Below, piece by piece: positions 29,027 through 36,881 of a stretch of DNA of 36,881 bases. Under the pieces are notes generated by a model. It saw nothing but the letters and a program-made list of their open reading frames with translations. It had not been told where the DNA came from and did not search any database. Position numbers and translations under genes: made by a program. The stretch comes from Candidatus Firestoneibacteriota bacterium (GTDB lineage Bacteria > Oederibacteriota > D2-FULL-39-29 > JBBTED01), in the NCBI GenBank assembly GCA_038042445.1, contig JBBTED010000077.1, positions 1-36,881 on the forward strand. Reading direction: 5' to 3'. The number at the start of each line of letters is the position of its first letter. Within the stretch, counting starts at the first letter, position 1.

Positions 29027-30598
29027 CTAATGTTTCAATTCTTTCTCTTTTAGCAATCTAAACTCTATACTATCTACCAAAGCCTCCCACGAAGCTTCAA
29101 TGATATTTTCAGAAACTCCAACTGTCCCCCATGTATTCTCACCATCAGTTGATTCAATTATTACCCTGACTTTTGCTGCAGTTCCAATTTTAGCATCAAG
29201 AACCCGCACTTTAAAATCAGTAAGTCGCACAGATTTCAAAACAGGATAAAACCCTTCCAATGCTTTTCTTAAAGCATTATCTAACGCATTAACAGGCCCA
29301 TCTCCTTCAGCAGCAGTATGCTCAAATACTCCCTGAACTTTTATTTTTATCGTTGCTTCACTTATCAACTTATTGTTTCTGTTCTCAACTATAACTCTGA
29401 AACCTTCAAGATCAAAAAATTTCTTATGCGATTTCAAAGCTTTTCTTATAATCAATTCAAAAGAAGCATCTGCCCCTTCATATTTATAACCTGCATGCTC
29501 CATTTCTTTAAGTTTTGCAAGTATTTCTCTTGTTTGTGGTGTATCCTTATGCAAATCAATATTATACTCAAGTGCTTTATATACAACATTACTTGCCCCT
29601 GATAATTCTGAAATTAAAATTCTACGATGGTTTCCAACTATTTCAGGTACTATATGCTCATACGCCTTTGGATTTTTCTTAACAGCATCAACATGAATAC
29701 CAGCTTTATGTGCAAACGCTGAATTCCCAACATACGGCATATTCTCCCGAGGTGATTGATTTGCAATTTCACTTACATATCGTGAAATCCATGTAAGTTT
29801 TTTTAATTTCTCTGCCGGCACACAATCAATTTTGAGCTTAAATTGTATATTTGGAATAATTGAACACAAATTGGCATTCCCACACCGTTCTCCATATCCA
29901 TTTATTGTTCCCTGAACCATATTCACACCTTCTTCTACAGCAACTATGGTATTTGCAACAGCCATATCAGAATCATTGTGTGTATGAATACCTACATTTG
30001 TTTTAATTTTTGATTTAACTGTCTCTAATATTTTCTTTAATTCCGATGGCAAAACCCCACCATTTGTATCACACAAAACAATCCAACCAGCATTAGCATC
30101 AACAGCAGTCTCAAGAACCTTAATAGCGTATGCAGGATTTGACTTAAAACCGTCAAAAAAATGTTCTGCATCAAATATCACTTCAGACACTTTTCCCTTA
30201 AGATAGGAAATAGTCTGATGGACAAGTTCAAGATTTTCTTCCAGTGATATTTTTAAAACATCATGAACATGCAAATCCCATGTTTTACCAAATATTGTAA
30301 CAACAGAAACTTCTGATTTAAGTAATGCCTGAATATTAGAATCTTCCTGAACTGATTTTTTTGCTTTTTTAGTACTGCTAAATGCAGATACCTTTGCAAA
30401 TTTAAGGTTAAGCAATCTAACTTTTTTAAAATATTCAATATCCTTTGGATTTGACCCAGGCCATCCACCCTCTATATAATGAATACCTATATCATCTAAT
30501 TTTTCAGTTACACGCAACTTATCTTCAACTGAAAAAACAACTCCCTCACCCTGAGCACCATCTCTTAATGTAGTATCATATAATTTAATCTGTCGCAT
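29027..30598 (-). CDS. cimA: Citramalate synthase (LeuA-like)
   Basis: [63 protein letters not shown]. Confidence 0.92.
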   Translation of the reverse strand: MRQIKLYDTTLRDGAQGEGVVFSVEDKLRVTEKLDDIGIHYIEGGWPGSNPKDIEYFKKVRLLNLKFAKVSAFSSTKKAKKSVQEDSNIQALLKSEVSVVTIFGKTWDLHVHDVLKISLEENLELVHQTISYLKGKVSEVIFDAEHFFDGFKSNPAYAIKVLETAVDANAGWIVLCDTNGGVLPSELKKILETVKSKIKTNVGIHTHNDSDMAVANTIVAVEEGVNMVQGTINGYGERCGNANLCSIIPNIQFKLKIDCVPAEKLKKLTWISRYVSEIANQSPRENMPYVGNSAFAHKAGIHVDAVKKNPKAYEHIVPEIVGNHRRILISELSGASNVVYKALEYNIDLHKDTPQTREILAKLKEMEHAGYKYEGADASFELIIRKALKSHKKFFDLEGFRVIVENRNNKLISEATIKIKVQGVFEHTAAEGDGPVNALDNALRKALEGFYPVLKSVRLTDFKVRVLDAKIGTAAKVRVIIESTDGENTWGTVGVSENIIEASWEALVDSIEFRLLKEKELKH

Positions 30599-30604
30599 AT
30601 TTTG

Positions 30605-30633
30605 ATTGTATCAAACCAAACCTGCACTTGCAA
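30605..30633 (-). promoter_or_regulatory. Sigma70-type promoter, probably giving a leaderless cimA mRNA
   Basis: TTGCAA-17 bp-TACAAT with TGn, 6 nt before the ATG; no SD. Confidence 0.65.
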
Positions 30634-30827
30634 GAAAAAACAATCTCCTTGATTTTGTTTTTTTTAAACAAATATTTGTTAAAACAGTTACAGTTATTAT
30701 ATTTATGATAAAATTTTATAAAACTAGAACTTACAAAACACAAGTTTGTTATGATTTATAGAAGGAATGATTTCTGCAAAACAAGAATAGCATAGATTGG
30801 ATTACTAATTCTATTCTTACTAATAAT

Positions 30828-31025
30828 TCAAACTCTAGTTAATTCCTTGCTTTTGGCTATAATATGTACCCTTTGGCACTTTATATCATATTTTTTAAGT
30901 ATCCTATCCGCATTTTTCTTGAAATAATTAGTTAGTTCTTTGCCATACAGATTCTTTGTTTCTTCATATACAGTATCTTTCCATGCTTCAACTTCATCAT
31001 TTGGACCATAGTATTTCTTATTCAT
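30828..31025 (-). CDS. Small hypothetical protein, probable antitoxin partner of the PIN protein
   Basis: 65 aa; overlaps the PIN gene stop by 8 nt; AGGAGG SD. Confidence 0.65.
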   Translation of the reverse strand: MNKKYYGPNDEVEAWKDTVYEETKNLYGKELTNYFKKNADRILKKYDIKCQRVHIIAKSKELTRV

Positions 31026-31497
31026 AACTCACTACCTCCTTTGGCGTATTAATAGCTATATTTGTTAAACCTTCCAATAAGTTTACTGTTCTTACAATTT
31101 GCTGAGTTTTAAATTTAACTATATGTTCACAATTCCAGCTAATTAAAATATCCATTTCGGAAAGTGTTGCCATAGCTATATGTCTAGCATCGTCCTTCTT
31201 TTTTTCTGGAATTGCCTCGGCTAAAATATACTTATTTGCCAATACTTCATATGGAGTATCTAACTCAATTCCTATAATATTGAATTCACTTATTAATCTT
31301 AGCATTTTTTCTCTTTTAGAAAAATCTGGGCATGCATCCAATTCCCTGATTGTTATTTCTGAAACATATGCTTCAAAATTACCTTCTTTTATTTGTTCAA
31401 AAAGTTTTTTTGTATATGAAATTTCTTCCTCTCTTTTGGAATCTTTAAGAAAGTAATAATTAAAAACACTCGTTTCTAAATAAACCTTTAGTTTCAC
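31018..31497 (-). CDS. PIN-domain (VapC-like) nuclease
   Basis: VYLETSV, YVSEITIREL, DARHIAMA, LISWNCEHI; AAGGAG SD and GTG start. Confidence 0.88.
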   Translation of the reverse strand: MKLKVYLETSVFNYYFLKDSKREEEISYTKKLFEQIKEGNFEAYVSEITIRELDACPDFSKREKMLRLISEFNIIGIELDTPYEVLANKYILAEAIPEKKKDDARHIAMATLSEMDILISWNCEHIVKFKTQQIVRTVNLLEGLTNIAINTPKEVVSYE

Positions 31498-31527
31498 TGA
31501 TTTCTCCTTTTTGAATTATCTATTTAA

Positions 31528-31555
31528 ATTTTACAATATAGCTAAGAAAAGTCAA
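31528..31555 (-). promoter_or_regulatory. Sigma70-type promoter for the PIN module
   Basis: TTGACT-16 bp-TAAAAT. Confidence 0.5.
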
Positions 31556-31638
31556 TGTTTTTTTTAAAATCTCCTTGACGTAAATGAAAAGCCATATAAA
31601 TATTAAATGGGGTAGATACTATTTTCACCAGTTTCCAG

Positions 31639-32685
31639 TCAGTCATTCTTTCGACCCTTTTTCTTCGTCAAAAGTTTTGCTGCTTTCTGTTCAATCATTT
31701 TAACCGAGCGGTCAAAATCGCTGTCTTTAACATCATTTGTCTTGATTCTTTTAAGATTGAATTCTTCATACTGAGTCTCTGCTCGTTGAACAGCAAGTTC
31801 ATGGGATGTTTTGCCTACGTGCGTCAAAATATCACGCTCGTTTAGAGAGAGAAATCCATCAAGTTTTTTAATCCAATCTTTCATGTGCATAGGAATACGG
31901 CGCATAGCCTGACCTTCGGCAAAAACCAAGTATTGTTCCACAAGATTGTTAAGAGCCAGAAGTTCTTTTTCTGAAAGATAGTTCTTCGCAATAGAAACAT
32001 CCTGCCTGCGGACTTTGACGCCGCGCCAACTGGTAAGCCCCATGTCCGGCTTTAAGCTATTGGCACGTTCGTATATAATTTCCGCAGCTGTTTTTCCGCT
32101 GATTGCCCAGTGCATTTTATTCTGAACAGTTTTGAAAAAATCAATACTAATTTTCAGTGTTGGATCATAATCCGTGCTGGTAGCGTAAATATCCGTTATT
32201 TTCTGATAGAACCGACGCTCTGATGTGCGGATATCCTGAATACGTCGGACAACTTCATCAAAATAATCAAATGGCTGATCAGGATTTTTAAGCCGTTCAT
32301 CATCAAGCACAAAACCTTTTACGATATATTCCCTCAAGCGTTGAGTTGCCCACTGACGAAACCGTGTGGCAATATGAGATTTAACACGATACCCAATCGA
32401 AATTATCATATCAAGGTTGTAATATTCTATTTTCCTTTGAACCGGTCTTGCGCCCTCTGTTTGAACTGTCAAGAATTCCTTGACAGTTGCCTCAGACTTT
32501 AACTCGCCTTCTTCATAAATATTTCGAATATGAAGACTTATGTTCTGTTTTGTAGTCTGGAACAGCTCCGCCATCAACTGCTGAGTCAACCAAACCGTTT
32601 CATCCTGAAAACGAACATCAATTTTGATTTTTCCATCCTCACCCTGATAAATAACAAGCTGAGATTTATTCTCCCTTTTATCCAT
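31639..32685 (-). CDS. rhuM: Virulence RhuM family protein
   Basis: ETVWLTQQLMAELF, YNLDMIISIGYRVKS..ATRFRQWAT..L.EYIVKGF.LDDERLK, IRTSERRFYQKITDIY, VQNKMHWA, AKNYL. Confidence 0.93.
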   Translation of the reverse strand: MDKRENKSQLVIYQGEDGKIKIDVRFQDETVWLTQQLMAELFQTTKQNISLHIRNIYEEGELKSEATVKEFLTVQTEGARPVQRKIEYYNLDMIISIGYRVKSHIATRFRQWATQRLREYIVKGFVLDDERLKNPDQPFDYFDEVVRRIQDIRTSERRFYQKITDIYATSTDYDPTLKISIDFFKTVQNKMHWAISGKTAAEIIYERANSLKPDMGLTSWRGVKVRRQDVSIAKNYLSEKELLALNNLVEQYLVFAEGQAMRRIPMHMKDWIKKLDGFLSLNERDILTHVGKTSHELAVQRAETQYEEFNLKRIKTNDVKDSDFDRSVKMIEQKAAKLLTKKKGRKND

Positions 32686-32833
32686 CTATCAACTCCTTCT
32701 TTAACTTTATCAAAAATTCATCGCACCTTTCTACCCGTCCCGTCAAACTAGAATTTACCTATAACATGCCAAATTTTTCTAATCCGCCTTTGGCGAATCA
32801 CCGAACTTCACTCGGTTTAGCGGAAAATTCTTT

Positions 32834-34297
32834 TTATGGATTCTTTAATATTTTAATCAATTCCTCTGTCGATGCCTTTAATTCTTCTTGTGTGTAGCTT
32901 CCATTATTCATGTTTTCTGGATGATGAATTGAATTTCTAACAAATGTCATCAGCGTTGTGTCTTCAGACTGTTGCGCTTGCCCATTTTGGATTTTAGCCC
33001 ACTTTTTTGATTTTGCAATGCTTTTGCTTGCAAAATATGCTTCAGCGTGATCAATTGTATATTTTTTCTGATTTTCTTGTAAATATCCATAAAGCTCATT
33101 ATGAAATTCAATTGTAGATAAATCGTATGCAGAATAGTTTATTTCTCCCCAAGATGGACTCCATGGAAACAATCCAAACTGATTGCTTGTGTTTTCTATT
33201 GTTATTCCATCAGCACCGTTTTTTGTTATAAGCAATTCAATATTCGAATTTTTTAGACAGTTTTTGAAAAAATAAGGTGAGTGAGTAGAAATACAAACTT
33301 GATTAATTTTTGAAATTTCAATGAGGTATTTGATAAATTTTTCTTGTAAATCAGGATGTAAATGAAGTTCTGGTTCGTCAATCAAAACTATTATTTTTTC
33401 TTTTGAAAGTGAGGCAAGCGTTTCCAAAAATAAGAGAGATATAATCATTTCAACACCTGATCCAAGATTGGCAACAGACAAATCAAGATTATCTATTTTT
33501 TGTGATAAAAAAGCACTATCAAAAGGAGCGTTTCCATCAATAAATGAAATATCAATGTTTTGAAGCTCAAAACCCTTTAGCTTTTTGTTTAATACCTCAA
33601 AGCACTTTTTTACAGAAGCCTCATCCACCTTATTGATTATTTCTTTTTCAAAATTATTTTTCTTTGTGCAAAAGCTTTCTTGTCCTTCAACTAACTCTTC
33701 ATCTCTAACACCTTTTGAAAAACGCCAATTAAAATCTTCAAGAACAGAAGATATTGAGGAATTAAATCCTTTTTGTAATTGTTTTCCTCTATTTTTATTG
33801 AAATAAAAACTTTTTGGGAAATTTTCGAGATCAACCTGCGATAAAGAAAGTAGTCTTTCGTCAAAGTGAAACAGTGATCCGTTTTTTCTCTGTATTTTCC
33901 AACCTTTGTCATTATTTTTAGGTATGTTGGGAACTACATAATGAGTTAAAACAATAATATCTGAAAAAGCTTTGCCAGGTGAAGCTTTATCTCTCTTTTT
34001 TATCTCCAAAGAAACACCCTTACATTCAACTTTTTGGGTTATATAACCATCAGGAAGTATTGCTGTAAAAACTGAATCAAATTCAATTTGAATAGTAATC
34101 GGAACATTTGATCCGTTGTAAAAATCTGTATGTTTTAGTCTAGCCGATAAAAAATATGGCGATAAGACATAATTTATTGCTTCAATTATTGATGTTTTAC
34201 CAGTTCCATTCTTGCCAATAAAAATTGACAACTCTTTAGAATTAAAACTCTGTTCTTTAATCGCACGAAAATTTTTTATTGCAATTTTGGTTATCAT
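32834..34297 (-). CDS. ABC-type (AAA_15/OLD-like) ATPase with C-terminal HEPN-like domain
   Basis: IKNFR, Walker A GKNGTGKT, signature LGSG, Walker B LIDEPELHLHP, H-loop STHSP, C-terminal FHNELYG and RNSIHH. Confidence 0.8.
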   Translation of the reverse strand: MITKIAIKNFRAIKEQSFNSKELSIFIGKNGTGKTSIIEAINYVLSPYFLSARLKHTDFYNGSNVPITIQIEFDSVFTAILPDGYITQKVECKGVSLEIKKRDKASPGKAFSDIIVLTHYVVPNIPKNNDKGWKIQRKNGSLFHFDERLLSLSQVDLENFPKSFYFNKNRGKQLQKGFNSSISSVLEDFNWRFSKGVRDEELVEGQESFCTKKNNFEKEIINKVDEASVKKCFEVLNKKLKGFELQNIDISFIDGNAPFDSAFLSQKIDNLDLSVANLGSGVEMIISLLFLETLASLSKEKIIVLIDEPELHLHPDLQEKFIKYLIEISKINQVCISTHSPYFFKNCLKNSNIELLITKNGADGITIENTSNQFGLFPWSPSWGEINYSAYDLSTIEFHNELYGYLQENQKKYTIDHAEAYFASKSIAKSKKWAKIQNGQAQQSEDTTLMTFVRNSIHHPENMNNGSYTQEELKASTEELIKILKNP

Positions 34298-35811
34298 AAA
34301 GTTACTTCATTTAACGTCTTTTTTTCTTCAATCTTGCAAATAAAGTTATCAATATCTATGATTCGCATCTCGAAACCGTCTTCTTTAATAAATTTGGCAT
34401 ATCTACAAGTATCGATAAAGGCTTTCGGCGAAATAAATACAGAATATACCTTTATACCTTTTTTGATATATTCTTCTAAATGTCTTTGTACCGAAAATGA
34501 TTCTCTGATATGCTGTTGTGTGCCTGTTAAAAGTGTAACTTCTACCAAAACCGTATCTTTATTTTCCAAACATTCAATATCGGGATTGCCACCTGATGCA
34601 AAACTTGTAGGCAAGCCTTCGTCATCTGAAATAAAATTGGGCTTCACTATTACACTTGGCAATTTTTTGAGAATAGCTAATGAAGTCAAAAACTCTAAAC
34701 GTAAGGGTTGTTCTATAATTTTTAAAATATCGTCCCCAGAAGATTTTTTTTGTGCCAAATTGAGCATTTCAGATTTAATGGTTTCCCATTCATAATGCTT
34801 TACCCATTTTTCTAATTCCTTGTCTGTGATTCTAACAAGCGCTCTATAGACCGAAAGCGTTGCAATCAAATTATTATCAACTGCTCCAATATACTCAAAA
34901 AATTGTCTTTCGGAAGTAAACTTTGGGTAAAAAATATAGTTTTTCAAAATATAATCTACTGTTGCCATTTCTTTTGTATTGATGTCAATAAAACGGCCAC
35001 CACCACGCAAAGAAATTAAACCTGTCAAACGCATTTTGCGAATAAAATCATCAGGATAATCGCTTAAAATGGAATTATCGTCCCGTTTGGTTTCATTTAA
35101 TAAACTGTAACAAAGCTCTAAAATCGTTTCGTTACTTGGCGAATAGTCATATTTTTTTCGCAACTTTTTGATTTCCCGATACAAACTTTCTGCATTGTCA
35201 TTTTTCCAACACAGCAATAAAGGAATTTCTAATTTTGAAATACCCGCACCGTTAAAATCTTGATCTTTATTTAAAAGTTGGATTGTCTGAATAAGTAAAA
35301 TCAAAGGTACGTTTTTATTTGAAACTCTGCGAAATGGATTGTGGCGTTGATATTTGGCAAAAGCATTAGCAAAAACCATTAGTTCGTTTTCGGGTTTTTC
35401 TTTGTTCAGTAACATTTTCCCGCTTTGCGAAAACTCTATTTTCTCGTTCTGCCAATACCATACAAAACCCAATTCTTTGGCTATTTTGTACCAAGTATCA
35501 AACCTTGATGGCCAACCTCTATCAAAATCTGCTTCTTTGTGACTTTGCGGATTGTCAGCAAATACATGTTTAGTTTCTCCTTCGCTTAATTCTATTTCAT
35601 TTTTCCATTTGTCTTTTACACTTTGTGAAACTTTCATAGGTTGATATAAACCTTTTTGAATGAGGGTTTTAGCAACCTTTCCAACAATTTCATTCGTCAA
35701 AATTTTGCCATCATACTCACTAAAAATGGTTAAAAAATCCTTTAATCGTTCAGGATTTCTAATTGTCGTAGTAAATAACAAAGGTTTATATTCAGATTGA
35801 CGTTTTTTCAT
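34294..35811 (-). CDS. AlwI-family type IIS restriction endonuclease
   Basis: N-terminal FTTTIRNPERL; catalytic region DDEGLPTSFASGGNPDIEC...VEVTL..G.QQ; directly downstream of two MTases. Confidence 0.88.
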   Translation of the reverse strand: MKKRQSEYKPLLFTTTIRNPERLKDFLTIFSEYDGKILTNEIVGKVAKTLIQKGLYQPMKVSQSVKDKWKNEIELSEGETKHVFADNPQSHKEADFDRGWPSRFDTWYKIAKELGFVWYWQNEKIEFSQSGKMLLNKEKPENELMVFANAFAKYQRHNPFRRVSNKNVPLILLIQTIQLLNKDQDFNGAGISKLEIPLLLCWKNDNAESLYREIKKLRKKYDYSPSNETILELCYSLLNETKRDDNSILSDYPDDFIRKMRLTGLISLRGGGRFIDINTKEMATVDYILKNYIFYPKFTSERQFFEYIGAVDNNLIATLSVYRALVRITDKELEKWVKHYEWETIKSEMLNLAQKKSSGDDILKIIEQPLRLEFLTSLAILKKLPSVIVKPNFISDDEGLPTSFASGGNPDIECLENKDTVLVEVTLLTGTQQHIRESFSVQRHLEEYIKKGIKVYSVFISPKAFIDTCRYAKFIKEDGFEMRIIDIDNFICKIEEKKTLNEVTL

Positions 35812-35814
35812 AAT

Positions 35815-36720
35815 TTAATAATTAGTAATCAATACCTCTTTAATTTTCTTTTTACCGTTATTGTGGTAACTAATATAATTGCTCTTTATCTTGTATGTTT
35901 TGTATTTTTTCATCCACTTAATCAATAATTCATTTTTGCTTCCGTTATAATGAGTTACATTTGATAACGCAAATCGGACACCTTTTCTATTCAGGCCATC
36001 AATTAAGTTTAATAAATCAGATTCGGATTTCTGATCCCAAAATTTATTATATTCACTTGCTGTTATTAAATAGGGGGGGTCTAAATAAACAAAATCATTT
36101 TTTAAATATTTTTTCCCGACAATAAATTTTCTAAAATCTTCTGAATCCAATGCTATTTTTTTACCGTGTACAAAATCAAAATAATTGTTTAATGCATTAA
36201 CAACATTTTTATTAAAATCAACATTCCCCACTGGAAGATTAAATTGACCTCCACCATTAAACCTCAACATTCTATTAAAACCGTATATAAGCAAAATGTA
36301 CAAAGTTAATGGGTCATTATCTTTATTTTTATTAACACGTTCTCTCAATTTTTTATAGCTCTCTTTGTTAAATTTAGCAAAATAAGTTTTTCTCCATTCT
36401 TTTCTTAGCGAATCAGGAATTATATCTTCTTTATAAGATCTAGATAAATTATATTTATATATTATTTTTTCAACACTTTTAAAGAAAATGTTTGGATTAC
36501 CAGAATTTTTGATTAAAAATTCGTGTATATTAATAAGATTTTTATCTATATCATTTAAATAAAATCTCCTTGCTTCAACATTTAAAAATACAGTACCTCC
36601 GCCCACAAAGGGTTCATAAAAATTACCTATTCCTTGCGGAAATAAATTAATTAATTGTTTCATTAACTTATATTTATCTCCAACATAAAACAGTGGAGAT
36701 CTTTTGATTTTATTATTCAT
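35815..36720 (-). CDS. Dam-like N6-adenine DNA methyltransferase (M2)
   Basis: SPLFYVGDK, EPFVGGG, FNLPVG, YLDPPY, EVLITNY. Confidence 0.95.
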   Translation of the reverse strand: MNNKIKRSPLFYVGDKYKLMKQLINLFPQGIGNFYEPFVGGGTVFLNVEARRFYLNDIDKNLINIHEFLIKNSGNPNIFFKSVEKIIYKYNLSRSYKEDIIPDSLRKEWRKTYFAKFNKESYKKLRERVNKNKDNDPLTLYILLIYGFNRMLRFNGGGQFNLPVGNVDFNKNVVNALNNYFDFVHGKKIALDSEDFRKFIVGKKYLKNDFVYLDPPYLITASEYNKFWDQKSESDLLNLIDGLNRKGVRFALSNVTHYNGSKNELLIKWMKKYKTYKIKSNYISYHNNGKKKIKEVLITNY

Positions 36721-36880
36721 AATTAACCTTAGCTACAAATAAATATTCCTTGTGATTATTAAAATTCGTATTACCTGCATTAAAATGTTTATAACTTTTT
36801 TCAAAAATTTTAGTCCTTCCTTTTGCGTTCAAAATCTTTTCGATTTCTTGGAGTGTAATTTTATTTCTTGATGAATTACT
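36713..36880 (-). CDS. C-terminal end of an upstream DNA adenine methyltransferase (M1), truncated by the window edge
   Basis: Manual translation SNSSRNKITLQEIEKILNAKGRTKIFEKSYKHFNAGNTNFNNHKEYLFVAKVNYE*; resembles MTase C-termini (YKxFxxG...EYLF); overlaps the M2 start by 8 nt. Confidence 0.7.
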   Translation of the reverse strand, partial: SNSSRNKITLQEIEKILNAKGRTKIFEKSYKHFNAGNTNFNNHKEYLFVAKVNYE

Positions 36881-36881
36881 T

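Noticed and set aside
32755..32840. Integron attC site after the ATPase gene
   Set aside because: A GTTATAG core is present but there is no matching RYYYAAC box, no similar sites between other island genes and no integrase.
32834..34297. Gabija GajA / OLD nuclease call
   Set aside because: No TOPRIM motifs in the C-terminus and no UvrD-like GajB partner.

Overview
AT-rich (roughly 30% GC by eye) chromosomal segment of a probably diderm bacterium. Every credible gene is on the minus strand. Reading in the direction of transcription (right to left), the window opens with a defence island: two Dam-like adenine methyltransferases, an AlwI-family type IIS restriction endonuclease, a translationally coupled ABC-ATPase with a C-terminal HEPN-like RNSIHH motif, RhuM and a PIN toxin pair. 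Housekeeping genes follow: cimA, queE, phoH, ybeY, dgkA-PAP2, a CBS/CorC hemolysin-family gene, speD, a speE pseudogene, an Arg/Lys/Orn decarboxylase, dksA/traR-like, xseA and a CRP/FNR regulator. Next is an envelope cluster (outer-membrane barrel, TPR protein, plug-less TonB-receptor-like barrel, exbB/tolQ), then serS, an orphan sugar-binding protein, metG, another barrel, a TolB/FN3 lipoprotein, bioF, bioD, a lipoprotein, bioA, a HEAT protein and an edge-truncated secreted protein with a FlgD-Ig/T9SS-type tail that the ORF track missed. Intergenic gaps are crowded with several families of short palindromic repeats, including a three-layer nested MITE, and several copies have been absorbed into coding sequences. 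The most promising candidate for a new system is the type IIS R-M operon coupled to an ATPase-HEPN gene. All functional calls come from motif recognition by eye, not from database searches.
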